Source: Candidatus Pelagibacter sp. HTCC7211
Lineage (GTDB): Bacteria; Pseudomonadota; Alphaproteobacteria; Pelagibacterales; Pelagibacteraceae
DNA length: 32,000 bases
Direction of reading: 5' to 3'
Assembly (NCBI RefSeq): GCF_000155895.1
Contig: NZ_DS995298.1
Coordinates: 750,001-782,000, forward strand
Every line of letters begins with the position of its first letter. Position 1 is the first letter of the stretch. The notes under the pieces were generated by a model. It searched no databases. It worked only from the letters and a program-made list of their open reading frames with translations, and was not told the DNA's origin. Position numbers and translations under genes: made by a program. Positions 16,095 to 25,439 of the stretch are shown piece by piece.

Positions 16095-17532
16095 ATTCCC
16101 CAATTTTCCCAGTTTTTTGAAGTAGATCATCAATAAATTCAAAGATTTTTTTCTTTCTTATATCTGATGTTGGGCTTTCAGTAACAATAACCAAAGATGG
16201 TTTATTAGATGAGGCTCTTATTAAGCCCCATGATCCATCCTTGAATGAAAATCTTACTCCATTAACTGTTAGTACATCACTAATCTCTTGATCATCAATT
16301 TTAATTTTATTTGTTTTAATTTTTTCAATTTGTTTTACTAAATCATCTACTACTTTATATTTTTCCTCATCTTTACAAAAAGGAGCCATAGTCGGTGTTT
16401 GAAAAGTATTTGGTAATTCACTTATAATTTCATTCATTTTTTTACTCTGATCATTTAGCAAATGACAGACGTGAATTGCTGAATTAATACCATCATCATA
16501 TCCATAACCTAGTGGTTGATTAAAAAAGAAGTGACCACTTTTTTCAAATCCAGCTAATGCTTTTTCAGTATTTACTTTTCTTTTAATGTGAGAATGACCT
16601 GTTTTCCAATATATGGTCTCACAATTATTTTCTAATAAAATTTTATCTTTTGAATATAGTCCAGTAGATTTTACATCAACTATAAATTTCGAATTTTTAT
16701 ATTTACTAGATAAATTTCTTGCAATTATTAATCCTATTTTATCTGAAAATATTTCATTACCATTATTATCAATTACTCCAACTCTATCACCATCACCATC
16801 AAACCCAAATCCAATATCAGCATTATTGTCTTTTACAGCTTTAGCAATCGCATGAAGCATCTCTAAGTCTTCAGGATTAGGATTATATTTTGGAAAGGTC
16901 CAATCTAATTCACAATCAAGTTCTATTACTTCACAACCTATACCTCTTAAAATATCTGGGGCAAATACACCTGCCGTACCATTTCCACAAGCAACTACAG
17001 CTTTTATTCTTTTATCGATTTTATTGTTATTTATTAAATCATCTTTGTAGATTTGTTTAAAATTTTCAATTTGTCTTTCATCCCCTTGACCCGAAATAAA
17101 CTTCTCATTTAACGTTATTTCTTTTAATTCCTTCATTTCCTCTGGTGCATGAGTTAATCCTTTTTTGATACCCATCTTAACTCCAGTCCATCCATTTTCA
17201 TTATGACTTGCAGTTACCATTGCAACAGCATCAGAGTTTAAATTAAATTGGGCGAAATAAACCATTGGTGATAATGACAATCCAACATCATCAACATTAC
17301 AACCAGTTGACATTAAACCTTTTTTTAGAGCTGTTTTTATCTCTTCGCTATAGGAACGGTAGTCATGACCAACTATAACTGTAGGATTATTTTTTTTGGT
17401 GTGATTAATTATTTGTGTTCCAAAACCTTTTCCAAGATTCTCTATACCTGCTTTATTTATGTTTTCTTCGTACAACCATCGTGCGTCATATTCTCTGAAA
17501 CCATAAGGGTCAATTTTAATATTTTGTGACAT
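16078..17532 (-). CDS. Phosphomannomutase/phosphoglucomutase (alpha-D-phosphohexomutase superfamily)
   Basis: 484 aa. It has the phosphoserine loop TASHNENGWTG, the Mg loop GFGFDGDGDR, the sugar loop GFEKSGHFFF and the C-terminal phosphate-binding RASSNKP. Confidence 0.9.
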   Translation of the reverse strand: MSQNIKIDPYGFREYDARWLYEENINKAGIENLGKGFGTQIINHTKKNNPTVIVGHDYRSYSEEIKTALKKGLMSTGCNVDDVGLSLSPMVYFAQFNLNSDAVAMVTASHNENGWTGVKMGIKKGLTHAPEEMKELKEITLNEKFISGQGDERQIENFKQIYKDDLINNNKIDKRIKAVVACGNGTAGVFAPDILRGIGCEVIELDCELDWTFPKYNPNPEDLEMLHAIAKAVKDNNADIGFGFDGDGDRVGVIDNNGNEIFSDKIGLIIARNLSSKYKNSKFIVDVKSTGLYSKDKILLENNCETIYWKTGHSHIKRKVNTEKALAGFEKSGHFFFNQPLGYGYDDGINSAIHVCHLLNDQSKKMNEIISELPNTFQTPTMAPFCKDEEKYKVVDDLVKQIEKIKTNKIKIDDQEISDVLTVNGVRFSFKDGSWGLIRASSNKPSLVIVTESPTSDIRKKKIFEFIDDLLQKTGKIGEYDQKI

Positions 17533-17662
17533 TTGTTAATTTCTTAACCCTTTTATGTTAATTAATTGTAATTTTTTAATTTTTTTTATTGATAAATAAT
17601 TTGTCACGTTCTATAAATGTTCTGTTGATTTACTGTTTATATAGTATATTAACTCAAAACGC

Positions 17663-17690
17663 CTACAACATGTAGTTGTTTTCGTATAAT
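17663..17690 (+). promoter_or_regulatory. Candidate nrdA promoter (-10 TATAAT) with an overlapping palindromic operator
   Basis: Perfect TATAAT at 17685-17690, 22 nt upstream of the ATG at 17712. Two interleaved inverted repeats, CTACA-n3-TGTAG (17663-17675) and ACAAC-n5-GTTGT (17665-17679), cover the -35/spacer position. A further palindrome ATATA-G-TATAT lies at 17639-17649. Confidence 0.35.
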
Positions 17691-17711
17691 AAACAAAATA
17701 TAATTAAATTT

Positions 17712-19649
17712 ATGAACAAAATTTTATCACAAGCCCTAAAGAAAGCTGTCTCTGAATATAGCCCTAAAGTTAATGAAGTTCAAAACGATAAAAGACCAGA
17801 TCTTTTTTCATTAAACAATGAAACTGAATTATTTCAAAATGATAAAGGGATTATTATTAAAATTGATCGTTCTAAAGATGCAAACCTAACAGATTTTGGT
17901 AAAGCAACTTTAAAGGATAGATACTTAGGTCATAACGAATCTTTTCAAGATTTATTTGCGCGTGTAGCAAGTTCATATGCTGATGATAATTTACATGCTC
18001 AGAGAATTTACAATTATATTAGTAACCTTTGGTTTATGCCAGCAACACCAGTTCTATCTAATGGTGGAACGAAAAGAGGTTTACCTATTTCATGTTTTTT
18101 AAATGAAGCCTCTGATAGCTTAGGTGGTATCCTTGATCTTTGGAGTGAAAATGTTTGGCTTGCTGCAAAAGGAGGAGGTATTGGAAGTTATTGGGGTAAC
18201 TTAAGATCAATTGGAGAAAAAATTGGCAAAGTTGGAAAAACTTCTGGAATAATTCCTTTTATTAAAGTTATGGACTCTCTAACTATGGCAATCAGTCAAG
18301 GTTCATTGAGAAGAGGATCAGCTGCATGTTATTTACCAATTGACCATCCTGAAATTGAAGAATTTATTGAAATGAGAAGACCAACAGGTGGAGATCCAAA
18401 TAGAAAAGCATTAAATTTACACCATGGTGTATTAGTTTCAGATGCATTCATGAGAGCTGTTGAAACTGATGAACAATGGGCATTAAAAAGTCCTGCTGAT
18501 GGAACAATTCAACAAACTATTTCTGCTAGAAATTTATGGATAAGATTATTAACTGCAAGAATTGAAACTGGTGAACCATATATTATTTACATCGATACAG
18601 TTAATAGATTAATACCACAGCATCATAAGCTTGCTAATCTAACTGTTAAAACTTCAAATCTTTGTAGTGAAATAACTTTACCTACAGGAATTGATAAAGA
18701 CGGTCATGATAGAACTGCTGTATGTTGCTTATCATCACTTAACTTAGAAAAATATGATGAATGGAAAGATGATCCTGACATGATTGGTGATGTTATGAGA
18801 TTTTTAGATAATGTCTTATCTGATTTTATAAATAAAGCCCCTGATCAATTTAAAGATGCAAAATATTCAGCAGGTAGAGAAAGAAGTGTTGGTTTGGGTG
18901 TAATGGGCTTCCATTCTTTCTTGCAAAAAAATAGAATTCCACTTGAGTCAGTGATGGCAAAATCATGGAATAAAAAAATATTCAAACAAATTGATGCACA
19001 AGTAAATCAAGCATCAAAAGATCTAGCTGAAGAAAGAGGAGCTTGTCCTGATGCTGCAGAGTATGGTTATCAAGAGAGATTTTCAAACAAAACTGCAATA
19101 GCTCCAACTGCATCTATTTCAATTATTTGTGGTGGAGCTTCACCAGGTGTAGAGCCAATTGCAGCAAATAGCTATACGCATAAGACTTTGTCAGGGTCAT
19201 TTAATGTTAGAAACAGGTATTTAGAGGAAATATTAGAAAGTCATGGAAAAAATGATGATGAAACTTGGTCTACAATTACTACAAATCAAGGTTCAGTTTC
19301 ACACCTAGATTTTTTAACTGATTTAGAGAAAGATGTTTTTAAAACAGCTTTTGAACTTAATCAAAACTGGATTATAGAATTAAGTGGAGATAGAACTCCA
19401 TTTATTTCACAAGCTCAGTCTGTTAATTTATTTTTACCAGCTGATGTTCATAAAAAAGAATTACACAAAATTCATTTTGATGCTTGGAAGAAAGGCTTAA
19501 AGAGTCTTTATTACTGTAGATCAAAATCAATTCAAAGAGCTGAAAATATCAATGATGCAAAATCAACAGATATTATGGCTAACGTTTATAAAAATAAAGC
19601 AACCAAAACTGAAGAACCAGAGTACGAGGAGTGTTTATCATGTCAGTAG
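17712..19649 (+). CDS. nrdA: Class I ribonucleoside-diphosphate reductase alpha subunit (no ATP-cone)
   Basis: The ORF is open from TTG 17676. I prefer ATG 17712 because it lies downstream of the TATAAT box. Conserved RNR blocks are present: PATPVLSNGG, SCFL, NLCSEI (catalytic Cys-Glu region), SLNL and APTASIS, plus a C-terminal redox pair CLSCQ. About 645 aa. Confidence 0.9.
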   Translation: MNKILSQALKKAVSEYSPKVNEVQNDKRPDLFSLNNETELFQNDKGIIIKIDRSKDANLTDFGKATLKDRYLGHNESFQDLFARVASSYADDNLHAQRIYNYISNLWFMPATPVLSNGGTKRGLPISCFLNEASDSLGGILDLWSENVWLAAKGGGIGSYWGNLRSIGEKIGKVGKTSGIIPFIKVMDSLTMAISQGSLRRGSAACYLPIDHPEIEEFIEMRRPTGGDPNRKALNLHHGVLVSDAFMRAVETDEQWALKSPADGTIQQTISARNLWIRLLTARIETGEPYIIYIDTVNRLIPQHHKLANLTVKTSNLCSEITLPTGIDKDGHDRTAVCCLSSLNLEKYDEWKDDPDMIGDVMRFLDNVLSDFINKAPDQFKDAKYSAGRERSVGLGVMGFHSFLQKNRIPLESVMAKSWNKKIFKQIDAQVNQASKDLAEERGACPDAAEYGYQERFSNKTAIAPTASISIICGGASPGVEPIAANSYTHKTLSGSFNVRNRYLEEILESHGKNDDETWSTITTNQGSVSHLDFLTDLEKDVFKTAFELNQNWIIELSGDRTPFISQAQSVNLFLPADVHKKELHKIHFDAWKKGLKSLYYCRSKSIQRAENINDAKSTDIMANVYKNKATKTEEPEYEECLSCQ

Positions 19650-20647
19650 TAAAAAAAGTAAATTCAGAAATTATTCAACCAAAAAAAATGGGATTACTAG
19701 TTGAAAATCCTGTTTATAAACCTTTTAGATATCCATGGTGTTACGATGCATGGTTAACTCAACAAAGAATTCATTGGTTACCAGAAGAAGTTCCATTAGG
19801 AGATGATGTAAGAGATTGGCAAAAAAATTTATCTCAGTCAGAAAAAAATTTATTAACACAAATTTTTAGATTTTTTACTCAAGCAGATGTTGAAGTTAAT
19901 AATTGCTATTTAAGACATTACACTACTGTTTTTAAACCAACTGAAGTATTAATGATGATGACAGCTTTTGCTGCAATGGAAACTGTTCACGTAGCAGCTT
20001 ACTCACATCTTTTAGATACTATTGGTATGCCCGAGTCAGAATATTCTGCTTTCATGAAATATAAAGAAATGAAAGATAAATATGATTACATGCAAGATTT
20101 TAATGTAAACTCAAAAGAAGACATTGCAAAAACAGTTGCCGTATTTAGTGCATTTACGGAAGGACTACAATTGTTTGCAAGTTTTGCAATTCTTTTGAAT
20201 TTTCCAAGACACAATAAAATGAAAGGAATGGGTCAAATTGTTACTTGGTCTGTTAGAGATGAAACTCTTCATTGTAATTCTATGATAAGAATATTTAAAG
20301 AATTTATCAATGAAAACCCTGAAATTTGGACTCCTAAATTAAAGAAAGAACTTTATGAGGCATGTAGAACTATTATCGCTCATGAAGATGCTTTTATTGA
20401 TTTAGCTTTTGAAATGGGTCCCATGGAAGGTTTAACTGCCCAAGAAGTAAAAGATTACATAAGATTTATTGGCAATAGAAGACTTACTCAATTAGGCTTG
20501 GAACCAATTTATGATGTAGATAAAAATCCACTTGGTTGGCTAGATACAATGTTAAATGCCGTAGAGCATATGAACTTCTTTGAAGGTAGAGCTACAGAAT
20601 ATTCTAAAGCATCAACTCAAGGAACATGGGCTGAAGCATTTAATTAA
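19640..20647 (+). CDS. nrdB: Class I ribonucleotide reductase beta subunit (di-metal/tyrosyl radical type)
   Basis: The ATG at 19640 overlaps the nrdA stop by 10 nt. An in-frame GTG at 19631 is the alternative start. The ligand pattern is FFTQADVEV (Asp), AMETVHVAAYSHLL (E-x-x-H plus radical Tyr), FTEGLQLFASF (Glu) and VRDETLH (E-x-x-H). Confidence 0.9.
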   Translation: MSVVKKVNSEIIQPKKMGLLVENPVYKPFRYPWCYDAWLTQQRIHWLPEEVPLGDDVRDWQKNLSQSEKNLLTQIFRFFTQADVEVNNCYLRHYTTVFKPTEVLMMMTAFAAMETVHVAAYSHLLDTIGMPESEYSAFMKYKEMKDKYDYMQDFNVNSKEDIAKTVAVFSAFTEGLQLFASFAILLNFPRHNKMKGMGQIVTWSVRDETLHCNSMIRIFKEFINENPEIWTPKLKKELYEACRTIIAHEDAFIDLAFEMGPMEGLTAQEVKDYIRFIGNRRLTQLGLEPIYDVDKNPLGWLDTMLNAVEHMNFFEGRATEYSKASTQGTWAEAFN

Positions 20648-20649
20648 TT

Positions 20650-21303
20650 TTGGAATACAAAAAATACTATAGAAAAACCAGTCTAAAACAAAAGGGTGTC
20701 GGTTCTTTCTTTTTAGAGGAAATATCTAAAAAAAAACCAAAATATTTTTTAGAAATTGGCGTATTTCACGGTGTGACAGCTAGAAATGTTTGTGAGCTTT
20801 TATTTAAAATCCACGGTAACAATTTTCAGTATATTGGTTTAGATTTATTCGAGGAGAACGATGAAAATAAACACGAAGTTATACCAAATACTTCTTTTTC
20901 TTCTAACCCTATAAAACAATTTTATTATAAATATATAAAAAGACAAAACCCTTACAGTTTAGATGCTGTAAAAGATCTATTAAAAAAATTTAAAGATAAT
21001 ATTCATTTAATTAAAGGGAACTCTAATAAAGTATTAAAAAAAATAGATATGTCTAAAATTGATTATGTTTTCTTAGATGGTGGTCATGAATATAATACAG
21101 TACTTAATGATCTTAATTGTTGTTTTGAAGTAATAAATAACGATGGAACAGTTTTATGTGATGATTATGATCTAAAACAAGCACCAGGTGTTAAAAAAGC
21201 GATTGATGATTTTATTGAAAAAAATTCTTTTAATTGTTCAATTATATGTAATGGTAGATTTGCAAAAATAGAAAAATTTCATATACATAACGAAAATCAT
21301 TAA
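20650..21303 (+). CDS. Class I SAM-dependent methyltransferase (small stand-alone, O-MTase/Methyltransf_24-like)
   Basis: 217 aa. Motif I is YFLEIGVFHGVTA, then an acidic GLDLFE, then VFLDGGHEY. The only usable start is TTG at 20650, 2 nt after the nrdB stop. There is no in-frame ATG until far downstream. Confidence 0.7.
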   Translation: MEYKKYYRKTSLKQKGVGSFFLEEISKKKPKYFLEIGVFHGVTARNVCELLFKIHGNNFQYIGLDLFEENDENKHEVIPNTSFSSNPIKQFYYKYIKRQNPYSLDAVKDLLKKFKDNIHLIKGNSNKVLKKIDMSKIDYVFLDGGHEYNTVLNDLNCCFEVINNDGTVLCDDYDLKQAPGVKKAIDDFIEKNSFNCSIICNGRFAKIEKFHIHNENH

Positions 21304-21308
21304 ATGAT

Positions 21309-21872
21309 ATGAGTGATAATTTTTATTTAAAAAGAAGATCTGTTTTAGCTAGAAAGATGTCATCTGAACCAATTAAAGATGAAGATCTTAAAATAATATT
21401 AGATGCCGGAATAAGAGTACCAGATCATGGTGCCTTAAATCCCTGGAAAGTTATAGTTATTAAAGGAGAAAAAAGAAAATTAATTGATAACGAAATAATT
21501 TTAAGTGAATTTGAAAAAGAAAATCCAAATGCAAATCAAGAACAGTTGGAGATCGAGTCTAAAAGATTTCAGAGAGCATCAGTGATTTTAGCAGTTTTAT
21601 CAACCCCTTTAGAACACCCAAAAATACCTGAGTGGGAAATGAGATTATCTTCAGGCGCAGTATGTATGAATTTACTTTCCTGTGCACAATCATTTGGTTA
21701 TGCAGCTCAATGGCTTACAGAATGGTATGCATATAATGAAAAAATGTTAACTTTTTTAGGTGGTAGAAAAGAAATAGATAAGATTTCAGGTTTTATCTAT
21801 ATTGGTCACAAAATAGAAGAACCTAGTGAAAGAAGAAGACCAGATCGTTCAAAAATTATAAATTATCTTTGA
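21309..21872 (+). CDS. Nitroreductase-family flavoprotein (YdjA-like)
   Basis: 187 aa. RRSVLARKMSSEPI..EDLK.IL.AG.RVPDHGALNPWK..VI.G..R matches the YdjA-type small nitroreductase N-terminal pattern. Confidence 0.8.
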   Translation: MSDNFYLKRRSVLARKMSSEPIKDEDLKIILDAGIRVPDHGALNPWKVIVIKGEKRKLIDNEIILSEFEKENPNANQEQLEIESKRFQRASVILAVLSTPLEHPKIPEWEMRLSSGAVCMNLLSCAQSFGYAAQWLTEWYAYNEKMLTFLGGRKEIDKISGFIYIGHKIEEPSERRRPDRSKIINYL

Positions 21873-22987
21873 TTTAACTGCATTACTTTTCGGTGCTTAT
21901 TACCTTTGTAGCTAGCTAGTGGTCGTATAAGTTTATTTGCAGCATGTTGTTCCATAATATGAGCTGACCAACCTGTAATTCTTGAAATTACAAATATTGG
22001 AGTAAAAAAATCAGTATCAAATCCCATTAAATGATAAGTTGGACCAGTAGGGTAGTCTACGTTTGGATGAATATTTTTTTCCTTAATCATAACTTTTTCA
22101 ACAATGTCATAAATCTTTTCGAAGGTTTTATCTTTTTTGATTTTAGCAACTTTTCCAAAATATTCCCTCATTGTTGGAACTCTAGAGTCTCCTGATTTAT
22201 AAACTCTATGACCAAAACCCATTACAACATCTTTATTTTTTAGAGCATTGTTAATCCATTTTAATGCATTTGCAGGTTTTTTAATTTTCTTCATCATATG
22301 CATTACTTCTTCATTTGCTCCACCATGTAATGGTCCCTTTAAACTAGCTATAGCTCCTGTAATTGCTCCATGAATATCCGATAAGCTACTGGTGATAGTT
22401 CTTGCTGTAAAAGTTGATACATTAAAACTATGTTCAGCATATAATATTAAGGAAACATCAAATGCTTTAACAATTTCTTTTTGAGGCACCTTTCCAAAAC
22501 ACATATAAAAAAAGTTTTCAGAAAAAGATAAAGACTTTTTTGGTTTTATAATTTTTTTACCACTTCTGATTCTATAAAAAGCAGCTAATGCTGTTGGAGT
22601 TTTTGAAAAAATTCTTAGAGCTTTTCTCATATTTGCCTCTGGAGATGAGTCTGAGGTCTCTTTATCTTCTAATCCCATTACACTAACAGCCGTTCTTGCT
22701 ACATCCATAGGATGAGATTTTTTTGGCATATGTTTAATTATCTCATATAAATTTTTTGATAAATCTCTATTATTTTTTTCTTCTTTTTCAAACTTTCTAA
22801 GTTGAATTGAATTTGGAAGATCTTTATTTAAAATTAAATACGCAACTTCTTCAAATCTACAATATTCACATAAATCTTGAGCAGCATAACCTCTATAAGT
22901 TAGAGAATTTATTTCAGGCATTACTTTAGAAACTTCAGTTTCATCAACAACTATACCCAGTAAACCTTTTTTAATTTCATCACTCAT
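21863..22987 (-). CDS. prpC: 2-methylcitrate synthase (citrate synthase family)
   Basis: 374 aa. It has the citrate synthase signature MGFGHRVYKSGDSR and HGGANE. It is called PrpC from operon context with prpD and prpB. Its 3' end overlaps the convergent nitroreductase gene by 10 nt. Confidence 0.8.
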   Translation of the reverse strand: MSDEIKKGLLGIVVDETEVSKVMPEINSLTYRGYAAQDLCEYCRFEEVAYLILNKDLPNSIQLRKFEKEEKNNRDLSKNLYEIIKHMPKKSHPMDVARTAVSVMGLEDKETSDSSPEANMRKALRIFSKTPTALAAFYRIRSGKKIIKPKKSLSFSENFFYMCFGKVPQKEIVKAFDVSLILYAEHSFNVSTFTARTITSSLSDIHGAITGAIASLKGPLHGGANEEVMHMMKKIKKPANALKWINNALKNKDVVMGFGHRVYKSGDSRVPTMREYFGKVAKIKKDKTFEKIYDIVEKVMIKEKNIHPNVDYPTGPTYHLMGFDTDFFTPIFVISRITGWSAHIMEQHAANKLIRPLASYKGNKHRKVMQLNQR

Positions 22988-23883
22988 TATTCATGTCCTT
23001 CTGTACTAAAGTTATAAATTTTTTCATCTAGTGAATTGTACTTTTCATAATCAACTAATTCATAAAGCCTTTTTCTTGTTTGCATTTTATCAATAACATT
23101 ATTTTGGTGTCCATTCGTAAAAATGTCTCTTAGTCCATCCTCAACGTTTTTCATAGCCAATCTTTGGGTAGTAACTGGATAAATTACAATATTATATCCA
23201 AAGTTTTCTAACTCTTTAAAATTAAAGAGTTTTGATTTTCCAAATTCAGTCATATTAGCTAGTAAGTAACAAGAAAGTTCTTTTCTTACTTTTTCAAAAT
23301 CTTTTTCATCATATAAAGCTTCTGGAAATATTATTTCAGCTCCAGCATCTATATAAGCTTTACATCTATCAATCATTTTATCGATACCCTCAACTCCTTT
23401 AGCATCAGACCTTGCAATAATTTTAAAGTTAGAGTCTTTTTTAGCTGCTACACATTCTTTAATTTTTTTAACCATTGCCTCGGTTGTAATTAGCTCTTTA
23501 TTGTCAAGATGACCGCATCTTTTTCTTTCAATTTGATCTTCTAGATGAACAGCAGCAATTCCAAATTCTTCAAAAGTTTCTATAGTTTCTTTGCAAGATT
23601 TAAATCCTGTATCTATATCTACAATTGTAGGCAAGTTTGTAACTCTTGATATTAAATATGATCTTGTACTTACATCTTGTAAGGTAGTTAAACCAATGTC
23701 AGGAAAACCGAGATCGTTTGCCATTACACCACCTGAAATATAGACAGCATCATATCCAATTTCTTCAATTAGTTTTGCAGTTAAAGGATTATAAGCTCCA
23801 GGAACTCTTAAAATTTTATTGGAATTTAATTTATCAACAAAATCTATTCTTTTTTGACTTGGCTCTTTGTTAACAAAATGCAC
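22987..23883 (-). CDS. prpB: 2-methylisocitrate lyase
   Basis: 298 aa. It belongs to the PEP mutase/isocitrate lyase superfamily, with LEDQIERKRCGHLDNK (K[KR]CGH active-site loop) and VDIDTGF. GTG start at 23883-23881, overlapping the prpD stop (TAGTG). Confidence 0.9.
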   Translation of the reverse strand: MHFVNKEPSQKRIDFVDKLNSNKILRVPGAYNPLTAKLIEEIGYDAVYISGGVMANDLGFPDIGLTTLQDVSTRSYLISRVTNLPTIVDIDTGFKSCKETIETFEEFGIAAVHLEDQIERKRCGHLDNKELITTEAMVKKIKECVAAKKDSNFKIIARSDAKGVEGIDKMIDRCKAYIDAGAEIIFPEALYDEKDFEKVRKELSCYLLANMTEFGKSKLFNFKELENFGYNIVIYPVTTQRLAMKNVEDGLRDIFTNGHQNNVIDKMQTRKRLYELVDYEKYNSLDEKIYNFSTEGHE

Positions 23884-25385
23884 TAAAATATTCCTTTTTT
23901 TAAATTTCTTTTTAATTTATTTTTTTTAGTTTCTATATTCAGTTTATCTAATTGACCTGGTTTTAATTTTTTTAAATTTTGAACTACTTTTAAAAAACGA
24001 TCACTTTCTTTTTTTTCTAAAATATTATCTGTTAATGTTTTAAATTTATTAATATAGTTTAGTCTTTTAAATGGTCTTGCTCCATAAGGATGTGCGTCTG
24101 CTCGATCAAGCTCCTCTGATATTTTTTTTCCATTATTTAAAGTAATGACAACTTTTGCTCCAAAAGATTTTTTCATAGGATTAGGATCATGATATTTCCT
24201 AGTCCATTTTTTATCTTCATAAGTTGTAATTGATTTCCAAATCTTTATTGTACTTTTTTTATTTGCCCTTGCTTTCGTATAAGACTTAACGTGATGCCAA
24301 TCTCCATCTTCCAATGCTACAGCAAATATATACATAATAGAGTGATCTAGTGTTTCCCTGCTTGCATTTGGATCCATCTTTTGTGGATCATTAGCACCTG
24401 TTCCAATTACATAGTGCGTATGGTGGCTTGTAAATATATCAATCTTTTTGATCTGGTTTAAATTTGGAATTTTAGTTTTTAATTTTTTTGCTAAATCAAT
24501 TAATGCCTGAGATTGGTATTCTGCAGAATATTCTTTAGTATATGTTTCTAGTATCGCTTTTTTACTTTCATTCTTTTTAGGTAATGGGACTTTGTAATTT
24601 GCTTTTTTTCCATCTAATATTCTAGCTATTATACTATCTTCACCCTCATAAATTGGACTTGGTGCACCTTCACCACGCATAACTCTGTCTACAGCCTCAA
24701 TAGCAAGTTTACTAGCATGTGCTGGAGCATAAGCTTTCCAGCTTGAAATTTCACCTTTTCTAGATTGTCTTGTAGAGACAGTAGTATGTAAAGCTTGTTG
24801 AACAGCTTGATAAATAGTTTCAGTATTAAGTTTAAGCATAGCACCTAATCCAGCGGCAACACTTGGACCTAGATGTGCTATATGATCTACTTTGTGTTTA
24901 TGAAGACAAATGCCTTTTACAAGATTTACTTGCACTTCATAAGCAGTAATAATTCCTCTCAGTAAATCAATTCCACCTCTTTTATTTTGTTGAGCAACAC
25001 TTAATAATGGTGGAATATTATCTCCTGGATGACTGTAGTCTGCTGCTAAAAAAGTATCATGAAAATCTAATTCTCTAACAGCAGTGCCGTTTGACCAAGC
25101 AGCCCATTCACAATCAAATTTTAATTTTGAATTTACTCCAAATAAAGTAGCACCGTTCTTTCTTGCATGTTTTAAAGCCATTTCCCTAGAAGAAATTACT
25201 GGCTTTCTATTTAAAGAGGCTATGGCAACTGATGCATTATCAATTATTCTATTAATTACCATCTCTATTGCGTCTTTATTTAATTTTGCATTATCACTTG
25301 CAATCTCAGCAATTTTCCAAGCAAGCTGTTTCTTTTTTGGAAGGTGTATTTTAGACGGATAAACTTTAACTGTATGTAATAACAA
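23883..25385 (-). CDS. prpD: 2-methylcitrate dehydratase (MmgE/PrpD family)
   Basis: 500 aa, with PrpD-like blocks throughout (e.g. [30 protein letters not shown]). TTG start at 25385, supported by a strong AAGGAG 5 nt upstream on the minus strand. It has a Lys-rich C-terminal tail. Confidence 0.9.
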   Translation of the reverse strand: MLLHTVKVYPSKIHLPKKKQLAWKIAEIASDNAKLNKDAIEMVINRIIDNASVAIASLNRKPVISSREMALKHARKNGATLFGVNSKLKFDCEWAAWSNGTAVRELDFHDTFLAADYSHPGDNIPPLLSVAQQNKRGGIDLLRGIITAYEVQVNLVKGICLHKHKVDHIAHLGPSVAAGLGAMLKLNTETIYQAVQQALHTTVSTRQSRKGEISSWKAYAPAHASKLAIEAVDRVMRGEGAPSPIYEGEDSIIARILDGKKANYKVPLPKKNESKKAILETYTKEYSAEYQSQALIDLAKKLKTKIPNLNQIKKIDIFTSHHTHYVIGTGANDPQKMDPNASRETLDHSIMYIFAVALEDGDWHHVKSYTKARANKKSTIKIWKSITTYEDKKWTRKYHDPNPMKKSFGAKVVITLNNGKKISEELDRADAHPYGARPFKRLNYINKFKTLTDNILEKKESDRFLKVVQNLKKLKPGQLDKLNIETKKNKLKRNLKKGIF

Positions 25386-25439
25386 AAAAACTCCTTAAGT
25401 AGTGATTTTGTTTTAATAGTTAAAAAAAAATAATCAATA

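Noticed and set aside
17555-17599. A 14-codon mini-ORF (ATG TTA ATT AAT TGT ... TAA) in the nrdA leader, considered as a possible leader peptide.
   Set aside because: It has no SD, sits upstream of the predicted promoter, and is made of AT-rich codons expected by chance. There is no attenuator-like structure downstream.
17676-17711. The TTG at 17676, given in the ORF track as the nrdA start.
   Set aside because: It lies inside the palindrome and upstream of the perfect TATAAT box (17685-17690). The added 12 residues (MFSYNKQNIIKF) are not conserved-looking. ATG 17712 is preferred, though this is unproven.
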